A stretch of DNA of 124,000 bases from Wallemia ichthyophaga EXF-994 (taxonomy: Eukaryota > Fungi > Basidiomycota). Position numbers and translations under genes: made by a program. Positions 28,982 through 41,274 of this stretch are shown here, in pieces (within the stretch, counting starts at the first letter, position 1; every line of letters begins with the position of its first letter). The stretch covers positions 20,001 to 144,000 of the forward strand of contig NW_008806282.1 of the NCBI RefSeq assembly GCF_000400465.1. The letters run 5' to 3'. The notes under the pieces were generated by a model. The model was not told the DNA's origin, searched no databases, and saw only the letters and a program-made list of their open reading frames with translations.

Positions 28982-29070
28982 TGTGGTGGTGAATGTGGGT
29001 GTATAACATGTGATTAATAAAGATATTTACAATATTCGCTGTGTATTCTTAACTCGTTCAATAATACCCT

Positions 29071-29707
29071 TTATCCCCTACGAGCAGCTCGATTTGGTGT
29101 CCACTCCTGCGTCTTCCCTGTCCCTGGAGCGAATTCACCCGCCTGTTTCCTCAAACGACCCTCTTCTTGCTGCCTTTGATGCATTTCATTAGGATCGAAT
29201 CCATGTCTGCGTTCTTCCACATGCTCCATTGTTTCCTCGGGTGTTCTTCCTGCCTCTTGCGTTTCGATAGCTGGTTCGAATGCCTCTAGCGGGTTTTGGT
29301 TGTAATGTTGCTGTGCCTTGATGTGCTCGTGTTGCTCGTGTTCGTGTTGCATATCTACCTCTGCAGTGCCACTCTCCGGCGCAGGCACAGCGCCTCTACT
29401 CTTCGCGAAAGCTGCATCGATACGCGCTGCATTCTGCTGTGTGCGCTGTATCCTGAGCAAATCCGATTCCAACTCCTAGGTAATATTCAATATCAACTCA
29501 CGTAATCACCACTATCCACCCCCACTCACCTCGATCGACGGCGGAGAGAGACGCGTGTGCCTGAGCCACGCCTGCCACTGCGCTGGCATATTCTTGCCGA
29601 CCAGAGCCCAATCGACCTGGCGCGGATACCTGACTGAGCGCTTCGGACGTTCTTTGTAGTCTGTTGTGGGTGGGTGCTCGAAATACTTGTTGCCTGAGAT
29701 TAGACAT
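29071..29707 (-). CDS. Hypothetical 2-exon protein
   Basis: MSNLRQQVFRAP... joined by an intron to ELESDLLRIQRTQ...QEWTPNRAARRG*; no family recognised. Confidence 0.6.
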
Positions 29708-29924
29708 TAGATTGGGGTAATTCACCCTGCTGTATAGTCCCACCCTCTAAATCGTATCCCACGAAATACCTGTCACTCTATCCCGCATCAGAATAGCCAC
29801 TACACAGCCACAGCCACCCACTGGCTTTGGTATTTTGCTCCATAAGAAGCTGAATATTCCGCTGCGTGCTGGTGATTTAAGCATGACTGACGGTGATCGT
29901 GGTAATCCTTCTTGATCAAACACC

Positions 29925-30913
29925 ATGATAAGGGGTGTGAAAATTAGGTGGTCTGGGCACAGCAAACTCAGCACACTCAGCACATTCAGAACTCTCTCCA
30001 CATCCACCACACACCTCCAAAGCCAGCTGCCGAATCCCAACGCCGAAAAGGAAGCCAAGAAAGAAGCCTATCGGCACGACCTCGATGAGCAAGTGAGGCG
30101 ACAAGAGGAAGCTGCGAGCAAAGCGCAAGACAGTCAACCCACACTTGCTTACCTCCCTCGAGCATTAGGGGTAGTAGACAAGCCCTTATCCAGCGCGAGT
30201 GCGACTGAGCAGAGCTGGACACAGCGCAGCAGAAGCTATTTCTCTGAAACTAAATTAGAGGAGCGGAGGAGGTTATTGTTGAAAGAGTCGCGCAATGCTT
30301 ATTATACGGATCTCAAACTCATTCAGCAGCACGGCGGGAAAACGTGGATGGCACCACCCTCCCTCATCCAGCAGCAACGTGCACTCTTTTTCCCCGATAT
30401 CAAAGGTACCCTTTTGAGAGACGGAAAGAGTACAAGACATACTAGCGACCTTCTCCCAGGCAAAATATCCCTCGTCGCTATCATGAGCACACGTATCGCC
30501 CAGGAACACGCCAAGTCTTGGTCTGAACCTTTCCTCAAGGCGTTTGCAAACACCCCCGCTTTTCAGTATTTACAGGTAAGTGCGATATCGCGTATATCTC
30601 ACACAAACTAACACAATATCCTCAGATCAACTCTCAAAGCAACCCTCTCAAAAGCTGGCTTGTCACACTTTCACTCAACAACCTCCGTCGTATGGTACCC
30701 ACCCAGCTGCAGGATACTTACCTTGTCAGCTCTCAGTCACTTGAGACCGAAAGGGAATATCTCGCTTTCGATAACCAGTACGCAGCTTATGTTTATCTAG
30801 TCGATCAGCAAGGTAAAATTCGCTGGGCAGGTGCTGCTTTTGCCCAGCAGAGGGAGATTGATGCTGGGATCAAGTGTGCAAGTGAGTTATTACAGCGGCT
30901 GCATGGGGAGTAA
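29925..30913 (+). CDS. ATP10: Mitochondrial ATPase assembly factor Atp10
   Basis: GGKTWMAPPSLI...ALFFPDIKGT, YLAFDNQYAAYVYLVDQQGKIRWAG; mitochondrial-type N-terminus. Confidence 0.9.
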
Positions 30914-30927
30914 ATGATGCATGCATT

Positions 30928-31884
30928 TTATAGATTTGTTTTGTCTAGTTTGGTGGTTATGCTCTGTGTGTGTGTGTTTTCGTTGTCCTTTTCCTCTTTA
31001 TAGTTATGACTGTTGTCACCGCTGTAATTTTCACTCTCACTGTCCTCCTCACTCCCACTGCCACTCTCTTCTTCACTTTCCTCACTCTCTTCCTCGCTCC
31101 CGCTCTCTTCAATCCAGTTCTGGTGGTTGGGGTTCGCCTGGAGCAGATCATCCTCCTCATCATCCTTCTGTCTGGCTTGCTGATATTCACGCTGTTCGTC
31201 TGCCATGATATGCTCCTGCTCTGCGACAATCTCCTCGCTGCTAGCGCAACCCTTGTATCTCTCCAGCAAACCTTTGTTAACTTTGAGGAAAGAGTGACCC
31301 CAACTAAATTTCGATAGCAGTGTTTCCGCACACATATCGAAACCGGTGAGGAAGAAAGTAGCAGCGAGGGCCTCAACGCAATTAAGTCTCCACGGCTTAC
31401 CGTAATTGACAGGATTAGTAGCGATGAGATAAGGGAGGAGGCGTTCATGCGGGCTCTTTATCCTGCCCCACGGAATCTCGTCGAGTCTAGCCCACGAGCA
31501 CTCCACGACAGCGGCTCCACTAGCGGCAACGATATCTTTGTCTGCGGGGCTGACGGTGAGGGAACCTTTGGGTCTGGAGCGTGTAAGAAGACGGTGTGAC
31601 TTGCACTAGGACACCCACGATAGCACCACTCCTCTAAACCGCTGGCCTACTTTCATATCCTTGATGAGCCCCTGCCGAGACAGCTTCTTGCCGGAACAGC
31701 GACGTGGATCGCAGTGGTTGAAATCCCACATCGCTACAGGTACACCGAGACTGGCAACGAGACCATCACGCTTCTCTTCCCGCCTGCTCTTTATACCCAT
31801 CGGTGCATCATCTATCGCAGAATCAGGCCTCTCACCCAACTCGAATACTTTGTAGTCGTAGCGCTTGTTGTGGGATTTGGGCAT
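30928..31884 (-). CDS. TSR3: 18S rRNA aminocarboxypropyltransferase
   Basis: VAMWDFNHCDPRRCSGKKL, ECSWARL, RLLPYLIATNPVNYGKPWRLNCVEALAA; acidic tail. Confidence 0.95.
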
Positions 31885-32016
31885 TCGGTGGAGATGGTGG
31901 TAGTTGGGGTACAAGGGAGTTTTAGAGAGATGAATGGCAATAAGGAGAGATTAGCAGAGATTGTTGCATCTATCTTCTATGGCTTCTATCCTTTACACCG
32001 ACCATCCATCTCGACG

Positions 32017-33549
32017 ATGGCCAGCAATGATTTTTATAAATTTATGGGAAATGGGGAAAACAAGGAGAAAATTGAGAATGAGTTGGAGTATAAGCAACAG
32101 CAGCAGCAGTATCAGCAGCAACCGCACGAGTATCAGCAGCAACCACACAACCACCAACAACACTACTTGAGCCAGGTATCGCCATTGGATAACTACTACA
32201 ACCCAGAATATACACAGGATGATATTGATCTTTTATTGACACCGTTTTTATCCCCCACACTCACACCCGCACTCACACCTTCACTCACACCTGCTCTCAC
32301 TCCCCACTCTGTCTTCTCTCAACCGCCTTTAAACACTGATGATCACATTAGCATCGCCCACACTCAAAATGATATTCATTCAGATTTATTTAGTCCTCTG
32401 ACGTCACCCGCTCTATTGCCCACACCAAACTCACCTAAGACATTCACCACACAAAACACTCACCAAAGAACCGGTTCTCATTCTGCTAGAAGAGGCGCTT
32501 CTACTGAGGCCAGGGCTAATAAGATTAGACCGTCTCCCGTTATGAAACCTCTTTCTTCGAGGTTGAGAAAATTTGATCTAGACAGCAGCAACCTGGAAAA
32601 ATCGCCCATCAACCTCGACTTAGACGCTGCTTCTATGCCGCCCCCACCAATTACCAACCAAACCAACCAATCAAATCTAGCACCGGTTACTCCAGCTTCT
32701 ATTATGAACATGTCTAGTAACAGCAATTCACAATCCTCACACACCTCCTCAAGCTCAAGCGGAACAGCCACACCGACCACACAAAACACTCTCACAGACA
32801 TGGCTAACCTCTCCCTCCACTCTGACTCAAACTACGCCAATGTCCTCACTGGCAGGAGCATCAACCCTAAAATGGCAGACTTGTTAGAATCCCAAGCGCA
32901 CGTAGCAGGTCACGATAACGCTGCCAAACGCGCTTCACACAAGGTCGCCGAGCAGAGGAGGCGAGATTCCCTCAAACACTCGTTCGACGACTTGAGAGCT
33001 TTGCTGCCACCCGTTGTCGATGACAACGATCACGATAGCGCTGGTGTCAGTGAAGGTAGACTCGACTTGCGTTTGGAGATGAAAGACATGGACTCGGCTC
33101 AGATTAATAAAGGTGTTTCTAAAGTTGTTCTCTTGAAACTCGCCAACGACTACATCACGATTCTCAACCATCGGCTCGGTAGACGTGACAATATTATCGC
33201 CAGTTTGAGAGACGAGGTGGCTGAGTTGAGAGGGGGGAGCAAATGCGGAGGTGATGGTGATGGTGGACAAGATGGTGAAGCTGGTCATGCTAGTCAAACT
33301 AATTCAGTGGATAACAACACCTTCTTGCATAACATCGACGCCGTCGAACACCACATCCAGCAGGCTGCTCTGCTCGCTATGGATGGAAACGTGCACCAAA
33401 AGAGGGAGTCTATTAGCGAGCCTCCTGCTGCCCACAAGGGCGCGTCGAGCAGAGGCAAAGGCAGGATTAGAGGCGCGAGCAAGGCTGCCAAGCAATACCT
33501 CCAACAGGCCACACAAGACAAGACTCAGACACAGACTCAACAGAAATAG
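32017..33549 (+). CDS. bHLH transcription factor (Pho4/Cbf1-like)
   Basis: RASHKVAEQRRRDSLKHSFDDLRALLP...NKGVSKVVLLKLANDYI; Q-rich and (LTP)n segments. Confidence 0.85.
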   Translation: MASNDFYKFMGNGENKEKIENELEYKQQQQQYQQQPHEYQQQPHNHQQHYLSQVSPLDNYYNPEYTQDDIDLLLTPFLSPTLTPALTPSLTPALTPHSVFSQPPLNTDDHISIAHTQNDIHSDLFSPLTSPALLPTPNSPKTFTTQNTHQRTGSHSARRGASTEARANKIRPSPVMKPLSSRLRKFDLDSSNLEKSPINLDLDAASMPPPPITNQTNQSNLAPVTPASIMNMSSNSNSQSSHTSSSSSGTATPTTQNTLTDMANLSLHSDSNYANVLTGRSINPKMADLLESQAHVAGHDNAAKRASHKVAEQRRRDSLKHSFDDLRALLPPVVDDNDHDSAGVSEGRLDLRLEMKDMDSAQINKGVSKVVLLKLANDYITILNHRLGRRDNIIASLRDEVAELRGGSKCGGDGDGGQDGEAGHASQTNSVDNNTFLHNIDAVEHHIQQAALLAMDGNVHQKRESISEPPAAHKGASSRGKGRIRGASKAAKQYLQQATQDKTQTQTQQK

Positions 33550-33658
33550 ATACAGTTTGTCTGGGATTATATGAATATGGATTTCCTTCATGTTTTTATC
33601 TTTTCTATTGTTGTTTTAGACTTTTTTTTGTAAACATACATGTTTTATATCTTGCATC

Positions 33659-34500
33659 ATGCGCTCATCAAGCGATATCGAGTTCCTCAAGCTGCTGCTC
33701 TCAGACTCGAATTTGCCAACAGGCGGTGTGAGTTGGGATTGATATGTTTCTATAATTTGTGCTAACATAAGCGCCAGTTCGTTGCCTCATCTGGACTGGA
33801 GTCCTTTATCGGCCATGGTCAATCGCATGGTCAGCTCACGCACACCGCCTTGATCGACTTCCTCCGTTTCAGTTGCGACAACACAGCCAGCACGACGTTG
33901 GCGTATATAAGCGGGGTGCATAGCATAATACGCGACACACCCACACCCACACCCACGCGCACACAGCTCGAGCAACTGAAGCGACTTGATGGGGTGCACG
34001 ATGCACAGATGCTCAACCACGCCGCAAAGCGCGCGAGCAAAGCGCAGGGGATGGCCATCCTTACGCTGCACGCCAAGTCCTTCGGCGGCCACGACGTCAT
34101 TCGCGATTTCCGACACGCCGTTCGGAGTGCGTCTTCCGAGGGCCATCTGGCCATTTGCTGGGGACTGATGACTGCTGTGCTTGGTATGCCCTCGCAAGAC
34201 GCTCAACATCTCCATCTTTTCCTACACGCTAGATCCCTCCTTAGTGCCGCTGTTAGACTTAATGTCCTCGGTCCGTACGCTGCGCAGAAAATCCTCCTGC
34301 ATGACGCTCGAGATATCGTTGATAGCGCCTTTCACCGCTGTTGTCATGTGCGCGTTGGTAATCTAGATTCGGTTGTTGGAGATTATGTATATGACACAGA
34401 CGATGCAGACGACCATATCGGCCCTGCTACGACTTGGCCTTTGATCGAACTTATTGGCAGCAGGCATGACTTACTCCACACACGCATTTTCAATAGCTAG
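33659..34500 (+). CDS. ureF: Urease accessory protein UreF
   Basis: LLLSDSNLPTGGFVASSGLES, GHLAICWG, RSLLSAAVRLNVLGPY, ATTWPLIELIGSRHDLLHTRIFNS. Confidence 0.9.
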
Positions 34501-34563
34501 CACACAGCACGCAGCACACTCCGATCACATTGTAAAGTCAGTACAGTTATACACTTATCTATA

Positions 34564-35135
34564 TCAAAGATGGAAACTCTTCACCAACTTATTAAACCCA
34601 CTCGAGCCACTCTGTATCATAAGTTCCCTCAGTGTCTCAAATGGTGGTTGAGCTTTCCTTCTCATCCATAACTTCTGTCGCAGGACATGGTACTTCTACT
34701 TGGAGTCAGTTGGTGATCACCTATACACCCAGATACCCACTTCCTTCTGCTCGTTGGGCACCATTCTCCATCTGAAACCAGCGAGGACCATCATAGTCTG
34801 AGGTGAAATTTGGAGTAATCGTCCGGCTTGATTCTGCACGCCAGCTCATCTGCATCAGCTGAACTTAGCGATCTCATAATTCTCTCGATCAGCTGCTTCG
34901 GCTCCTCTCTGCGCCACATCTCATACTGGTGTTTGAAGTAGTAGCAGAAGCAGCCGCCCGATTCCTTCATGTTGACATACACATCTACAAACTGATCGAA
35001 CTTGACGTGAGTAGTTTGTTTACTGCGCTTGTTTATCATCTCGGACGTCTTTCCTAACATGTTGCCTTTACTAGGAATGCTAGGTTGGTATATATGTCTG
35101 TTTTGCGCTTTAGTAGCGAGTGGTGGTGCTGACAT
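34564..35135 (-). pseudogene. Possible degenerate HMG-box-like gene (frames do not join cleanly)
   Basis: CFCYYFKHQYEMWR and a separate frame MVLAGFRWRMVPNEQKE|KYHVLRQK resemble HMG helices; last intron canonical, middle junction unresolved. Confidence 0.3.
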
Positions 35136-35622
35136 ATTGACGTGCGTGCGCGTGCGGAGACTAGGCGATGTAAGCATCATTTTTGTTTGCGTAGATCGGG
35201 TATCATCTGTTTATCGTGTTAGTTGTGCGTAGTGATCATCACGCTTCGCAGTACCTCGCTTGCTAGCAGAGAGTCCTGCTCTCGCTGCAATAGGTATCTT
35301 GGGATATTCGGTGCGGATACTTTTCACGTCAAACCAGTTGACCATGCGTAACATTCTTTATGAGTATTGGGAAGGAAGTAGAAGTGTCACGTACTTTTAA
35401 GATCCCATTTAAACACCTCCTTTAGCTGTCTTTGTTGCAGGTTTAGCCCACCCTCATTGTTTTCATGCAGAAATTTGAAATTTGTTTTGTAATACTGCTT
35501 ACCCACCGGCTGTACCTTTGGAATTTGAAAATGGAAATTTTTACACCACCCTTCATCCTCACAAGATCTCAACGTTGTAATACTTAGCTTTAAAGATAAA
35601 ATCAATACAAACTTTTACAAAG

Positions 35623-38390
35623 CTAGATAAATTCGCTAGTTTTGTCCACATAGTAAGACAAAGTATGCTTGATATCTTCGACAGCCGATGAAGTCGCAAC
35701 AAAGAGCTTGAACTCTCCCGCCTCGATTACCCATCTGCTCTTAAAGTCATCGAAATAGCTAAAGGCGCGTTTGCCTAGCATTAGAGTCACTTCCTCAGAC
35801 TCGCCAGGAAGAATCAAGTTGGTTTTGGCATACGCTTTCAATTCAAGGAATGGTCGAGCGAGACGAGACTCCACGTCATTTACGTAAAGCTGGATAATCT
35901 CTCTGCCAGCGACGCTGCCTGTGTTCGTCACCTTCATCCTGATTAAGACGTCATGACTATCACTTGTCTGGTCCACACGTGCATTAGTTACGTCGAACGA
36001 GGTATAACTCAATCCTTTTCCAAATGGAAAGAGGGGTTTTTTACCAGTCGTTGCAAAGTGCCTGTATCCCACAAAGACTCCTTCAGCATAAACCACACGA
36101 CCATTCTCTCCGCCAAAGTTGAGGTGCGATGGACTGTCTCTCAACTCGACTGGCATAGTCAGTGGCAACTTTGCAGATGGGTTGAGCCTTCCGAACAGGA
36201 TATCTGCAAGTCCATTCCCAACTTCGTTCCCGCCATAAAAGGCCTGATACACACCCTTCACTTTGTCCACCCATGGTAATTCAACGGGTGTGCCGCTTTG
36301 AACAATAGCCACTGTGTTGCTATGCGCTGAAGAAATGGCATTCATAAACGCGTTGGCTGAATCGGGCAGTTTCATGTCTGGTCGATCAAAACCTTCACTT
36401 TCAAAATCATTGTTGAGACCGACAAAGCAGAGAACAAGATCAGCACCCTTGCAAGCATCTAATGCCTCCTGTAGAAACTCGTCTTGAGATTTGCTTGGAG
36501 AAATTCCAAATCGAATACCGCCCCGAGAATGAGGTGAAAGTGTACCTGCAGCCTGTGCACCTTCGCTGCTATAATAAAGCCTAGCCATTATCGAGTATTG
36601 CTTACCTTCTTCAAGCTTCTTGACAACTGTGCGCTCTTGGGAACCAGAGTTGAACCATAATGTACCTGGCTGAGGGTTGGTTGAATTGTCTACAACCCTC
36701 TCACCGTCGACGAAGAGATCAGTTTGACCAGCGCCAGCAATACCAATTTCATAGTTATCCGTCTTATTTGGAGTAAAAATCCCTGATGCTTCTGCCCAAC
36801 ACGTCAATGGGACTGTCTCAGGTCCAGGCAGATTGTCGTTGAAGAACAGGTGCGAAGAGTGCCTGTCTCCTGCTTAGAGATTACAGCAAACAATCAAGAC
36901 ATACTTACGCGTAAAGCTCGTGAAGTGGCTTCGCCTTCCCAGCGGCTGGATCGCTGCCGTAGAACTTCACGTCAACGCCAGCTCTACCATCGGCAGTCTT
37001 AAGCTCTGGGCCGAATAATGGGGTGAGCTTGTGCGCATTTCCTCCGCGCGAGTATACAACCTCAGCGCCAATCTCCTTTGCTTGCTCACGAATCGCGTCT
37101 AGCGGTGATACAGCGTATGAAGCTCTAAGAGCGGCAGATCCACCACCGGAAATGATAGCAGATTCTGCGTTTGGTCCGATCACAGATATCTTCGTAGTGC
37201 CCTTCTTGATTGGCATTACATTTTCTTCGTTTTTAAGTAGCACTACACCATTTGCTGCAGCTTCTCTGAGTGTTTGACGAAGCTCTGGTGTGTCATGAAC
37301 TTTTTCTGGTGTGGCTTCATCAATGCCACTCTTACGGACCTTGTTGATAAGCTCAAGAACCTAAGGTGGATTGTTGGTTACGTCAATAACACTACGATAA
37401 TCTTACATTTTTCACTCTAGCATCTATGTCCTCAATAAAAACCTTCTTTGCAGTTAAAGCACGCTGAAGAGCTGCCCCACGGACGACAGACGGACCAGGC
37501 ATCTCCAAATCGAGACCGGCATGCGTAGATTCTCCAGCCGAATACGTACCAAACCAATCAGACATAGTCATACCGTTCCAACCCCATTCACCGCGGAGGA
37601 TATCACCCAACAAGCGTGGGTCTTCAGAGCAGTGTAAACCGTTGACACGATTGTAAGCGGTCATTACAGACCAAGGCTTGTGTTCCGATTCCCTTAATGG
37701 AATTTCAAAAGCGCGAAGATATATTTCCCGAAGTGCTCTCTCGGATATCTCGGATGACATTGACATACGCTCAAATTCCTGATCGTTGCCAACATAGTGC
37801 TTGATTGTAGCTGCCACACCCTTATCTTGTAAACCCTTCACAAAATATTTTGCCAAAGTGCCGCTCAATTCGGGATCTTCGCTGTAGCTTTCGAATCCTC
37901 GACCGCCAAGAGGGCTTCTCTGGATGTTGATAGTGCTTGAACAAGTAGATGAGTGACGGCAAAAGCTAATCAACTGGACTCACGGGGCTAAGAGGACGTG
38001 CACGCCTGTAAATGCTCACTTAGTATTACGTCATTACGGTGGTGCTGCACCGACTAACCTTTGGCGATACATTCGTCGGCCAGAGCACTACCAACTCTCT
38101 CTAAGAGCTGATTATCAAAGCTTGCACCCAGCGCTGTCGCACCTGGAAAGCACGATGATGGTGTACCCTCAAAGAAGTCTAAAAGCCGTTAGAACTTGAC
38201 AAATAGCCTTGCGCCGCCACTAACTAATTCCTCTAACACCATTTGGTCCATCTGAAGTTCTAATAGATGGAATTCCCAGTCGAGTATTGTTAACGGTATG
38301 CCACATGTCTTTACCGGCAAGCAACTCGATCTTCTCTTTAACAGTAAGCTGCTGAAGAAGCTCTTCAACGTTTAATTCTGGTAAGGTCAT
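35623..38390 (-). CDS. GH3 beta-glucosidase with PA14 and Fn3-like domains
   Basis: IRTSDGPNGVRG, QRSPLGGRGFESYSEDP, KHYVGNDQE, MSDWFG, FYGGNEVGNG, YAEGVFVGYR. Confidence 0.93.
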
Positions 38391-38528
38391 TATTTGGTAG
38401 TGATCTGGATAAATAGAAGGTGATTGTGACAAGGTAAGATAGTGCCATGATAAAAAAAAGGAAGCAAAGATTAATTTAAGATTATATTAAAGGTATAGTG
38501 GTCAACATATTGCATATTCCTGTCATAA

Positions 38529-40520
38529 TTACGTAGACTTGTCTTGACGAGATTTATATTTCATCATCATTTCCTCGACGTGTTTCTCGTCCTCCTCATC
38601 CTCCCTATTGAGATTGTCTAGATCTTCCTCTTCTATTTCTTGAAATCTTGGTTGATTCTTTGGATCTTGCATAGGGTTAGATGTCTTAATAATTCCATTG
38701 CTATTCAGTCTATCAAACGCGTCAAACAGTTTCTCCGCTTCCGCTTCCTTCAGAGGCATGTTAGTTTAGTTTCATATTTATAAACTAAGCTTACCTTCTC
38801 CTCCTCGGTCATTTCCTCTGGGCCACCTGTACGATCTTCTTCATAAGCTCCAGTAACAGGGTTCACTCCATTTTCAGCAGGATCACCAGCACCAGCACTG
38901 AGCATGCCTTTTGAAAAAAGGAATCCTGCTGCGTTTCCAAATCCAATAGTTGAAGACATCTGCGAAGGATCGCTATCGCAGAGAGCAAAGATCAATTCAC
39001 CAACAGTATTTTTGATTGTGGAGAATAGTGAGCTTGTCAAGAATCTAACAAGTACACCTAAAAGATCACCTCTCTGTTCGGCTTTCACTGATCGATCTAT
39101 ATCGTCCATACCTAGAGTCTGTCGAAGTGATCCTTTAAAGCCGCCGGCGTTACGCTGGTCTTCAACAACAAGCTTCCGCAAAAGCATGACAAGTGGCGCA
39201 AGTGTTTCCTCGAGGTTTAATCCCAAACTTGCTGCTTTGGTCTTGGCTTGAGTACTATCAATACTCTCACCACCCTCTAAACTGCTTGAGGGCCAAAATG
39301 TTGACAAAACCGTGTTGAGGAGTTCTAATAATCTACTCAAGAAAGGGAAGGTGTCCATATTATCACAGTTCAGCCTGGAAGGATCGCTCTGCGCTACCGA
39401 AGCGCGTGAAATTGTCTTAGACAATCGATTAATAGCAGCTGTAGGAGAAAAGATCGAGTTTGAATTAGGGTTGGACCAAAGCTGAGTGAATGGCTTAAAT
39501 GGGAAGCAAAGTAGGGCGTGTATTAGTTGAGGAATTGGTTGAGGCATAGGCGAAATCGTGTTGACACTATTTGTACTAGCACTTAAATCCATAAAGAGCT
39601 GAAGAGTAGGTTGTAGTAACTTGTTGAACTTTTCATCCCAATTTTCTCCTAAAATTGAATCTTGTTGAATTGTCTTGTGGTGCAGCGTGATGTTGAAGAA
39701 AAGTTTGAACATGTCTGTGATCAGTTCTTTTGACCGTATCGGTATGCTAATAGATTTTTGTGAAGGAAGAATATATGGGGTATATTGCAGTAGACGCTGG
39801 TTGATATAGCGTCAGTTGTGACAATATGATGAGCAAAAACTTTTCTTACCGCGTGTATTACATCCACGAGATTCTCCTCATGCACTAACTTGTAAACAAT
39901 TGGATGTGGCTTAAGTGTACAGAGAAAAAGACATCTCGCTGCAACAAAGTGAATATCGGAAGTATTTTGCTGTGCCTGATTAAGGGGATTTGAGAAAGGA
40001 GAGGATGGAAAAAAGCAACTAACCTTTAAAGCTTGAAATGCTAGAATTGGCGCACGCGTTTCAACGACATTAGATCTCGCTTCATCGTGGAGCAATAACG
40101 TGTTTGCAATTGTAGTCAAGACTTCCAATTGGGCTTCAGATTGACACAATGGGTCAGACGATGAAATGTAGGATGGACGATGGGATTGTAATCTGCTAGT
40201 GAGGGAGGGAGTTGATGTATTTGATTCACGAAACGACTTCCTCTCCATCACGCTCGATAAGCAATCTAATGCTTCAACAGTGGTGAGTGGTGTGGTTCCA
40301 ATGGGAGAGCGCCCTAAGACCTTTATAACTTTCAGGGCAGCAAGTACAGCTGCGTCTGGTTTAGCGAGAATCCTAAATAATGGAGCAATGGAGCTCACTC
40401 TGTAAATCCCACTTGTCAGATACACCGCCTGGCTTGAGATCTATAAGAAGCTGGCTTAAGAATGCATCCCTATCTTGAGAGCTTATCTCGCTGTATTCTT
40501 TGAAATGGTGAGATATGTAG
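38529..40520 (-). CDS. RIC8: Ric8/synembryn G-alpha GEF (5' end approximate)
   Basis: IGFGNAAGFL, VNPVTG, EMTEEEK|EAEAEKLFDAFDRLNSNGII; start exon not resolved. Confidence 0.82.
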
Positions 40521-41274
40521 AAATCAACGAGCGAATAACGAACCAAGAAAGCCAATGAATATTTCAGCTGACTGGAATGCTGATTTCTCAATAGGCTGCA
40601 ACGATCTGTAATGCGATGCCTGTAGGATGTGTGAGAATGCCATAGCGATAACAAGTAATTGAACCGACGAATCCCATATGATATCGCTGATTTAAACTTT
40701 CATGATCTCTTTTCGTCAACTCCTTCTGAAAATATCCACTGAACCTTTTCATTGCGTGGTCGACAAGCTCCTCGAATTCCAACGCAGCACATTTCGGCGG
40801 TAAAATAATTACATGATTGTGACTACAGAGAAATTATATTCTGCACGCTAGGAGTACGTGCTAAGCAGCTGTGCCCTTGCGTTTATCCACTCTCTTTACA
40901 ATGTGATCACGGAGAAACTAAGGAGTTCAAGAATGTGTTTCATATTCGTTGTAAAATGATTAGAATATACTAAAGGCCTTGCAAATAAAACCCGGTAGCC
41001 TCTCGACGACGTTCTGCTGTAGCGCACGTCAATCAGCGGATGTCGGAACGTGTCTTCTTCCAATAGGAACGCTTGCGAAACTAATAATAGCTTCATAAAA
41101 TGTTTGGACATGTCTTATTGGTTTTGATTTTCACATGGCATGCAAAGTTTCTTAAAATCACATTGCACATTGCACCCTGATGCAGTTACAAACTTGGGAG
41201 GCTTTTAGTTGTTATTTGAATATTTCACATCTTTTCATACAAGGTTAAAGCAAGAATTGCACTCAAGCAACAGA

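Noticed and set aside
31714-32016. 5' extension of the 611-aa bHLH ORF overlapping TSR3
   Set aside because: It is antisense to TSR3 coding sequence; the plausible start is MASNDFY at 32017.
40373-40654. ORF ending CSII*, a CAAX-like end suggestive of a pheromone
   Set aside because: It overlaps the RIC8 5' region, is too long, and lacks pheromone precursor features.
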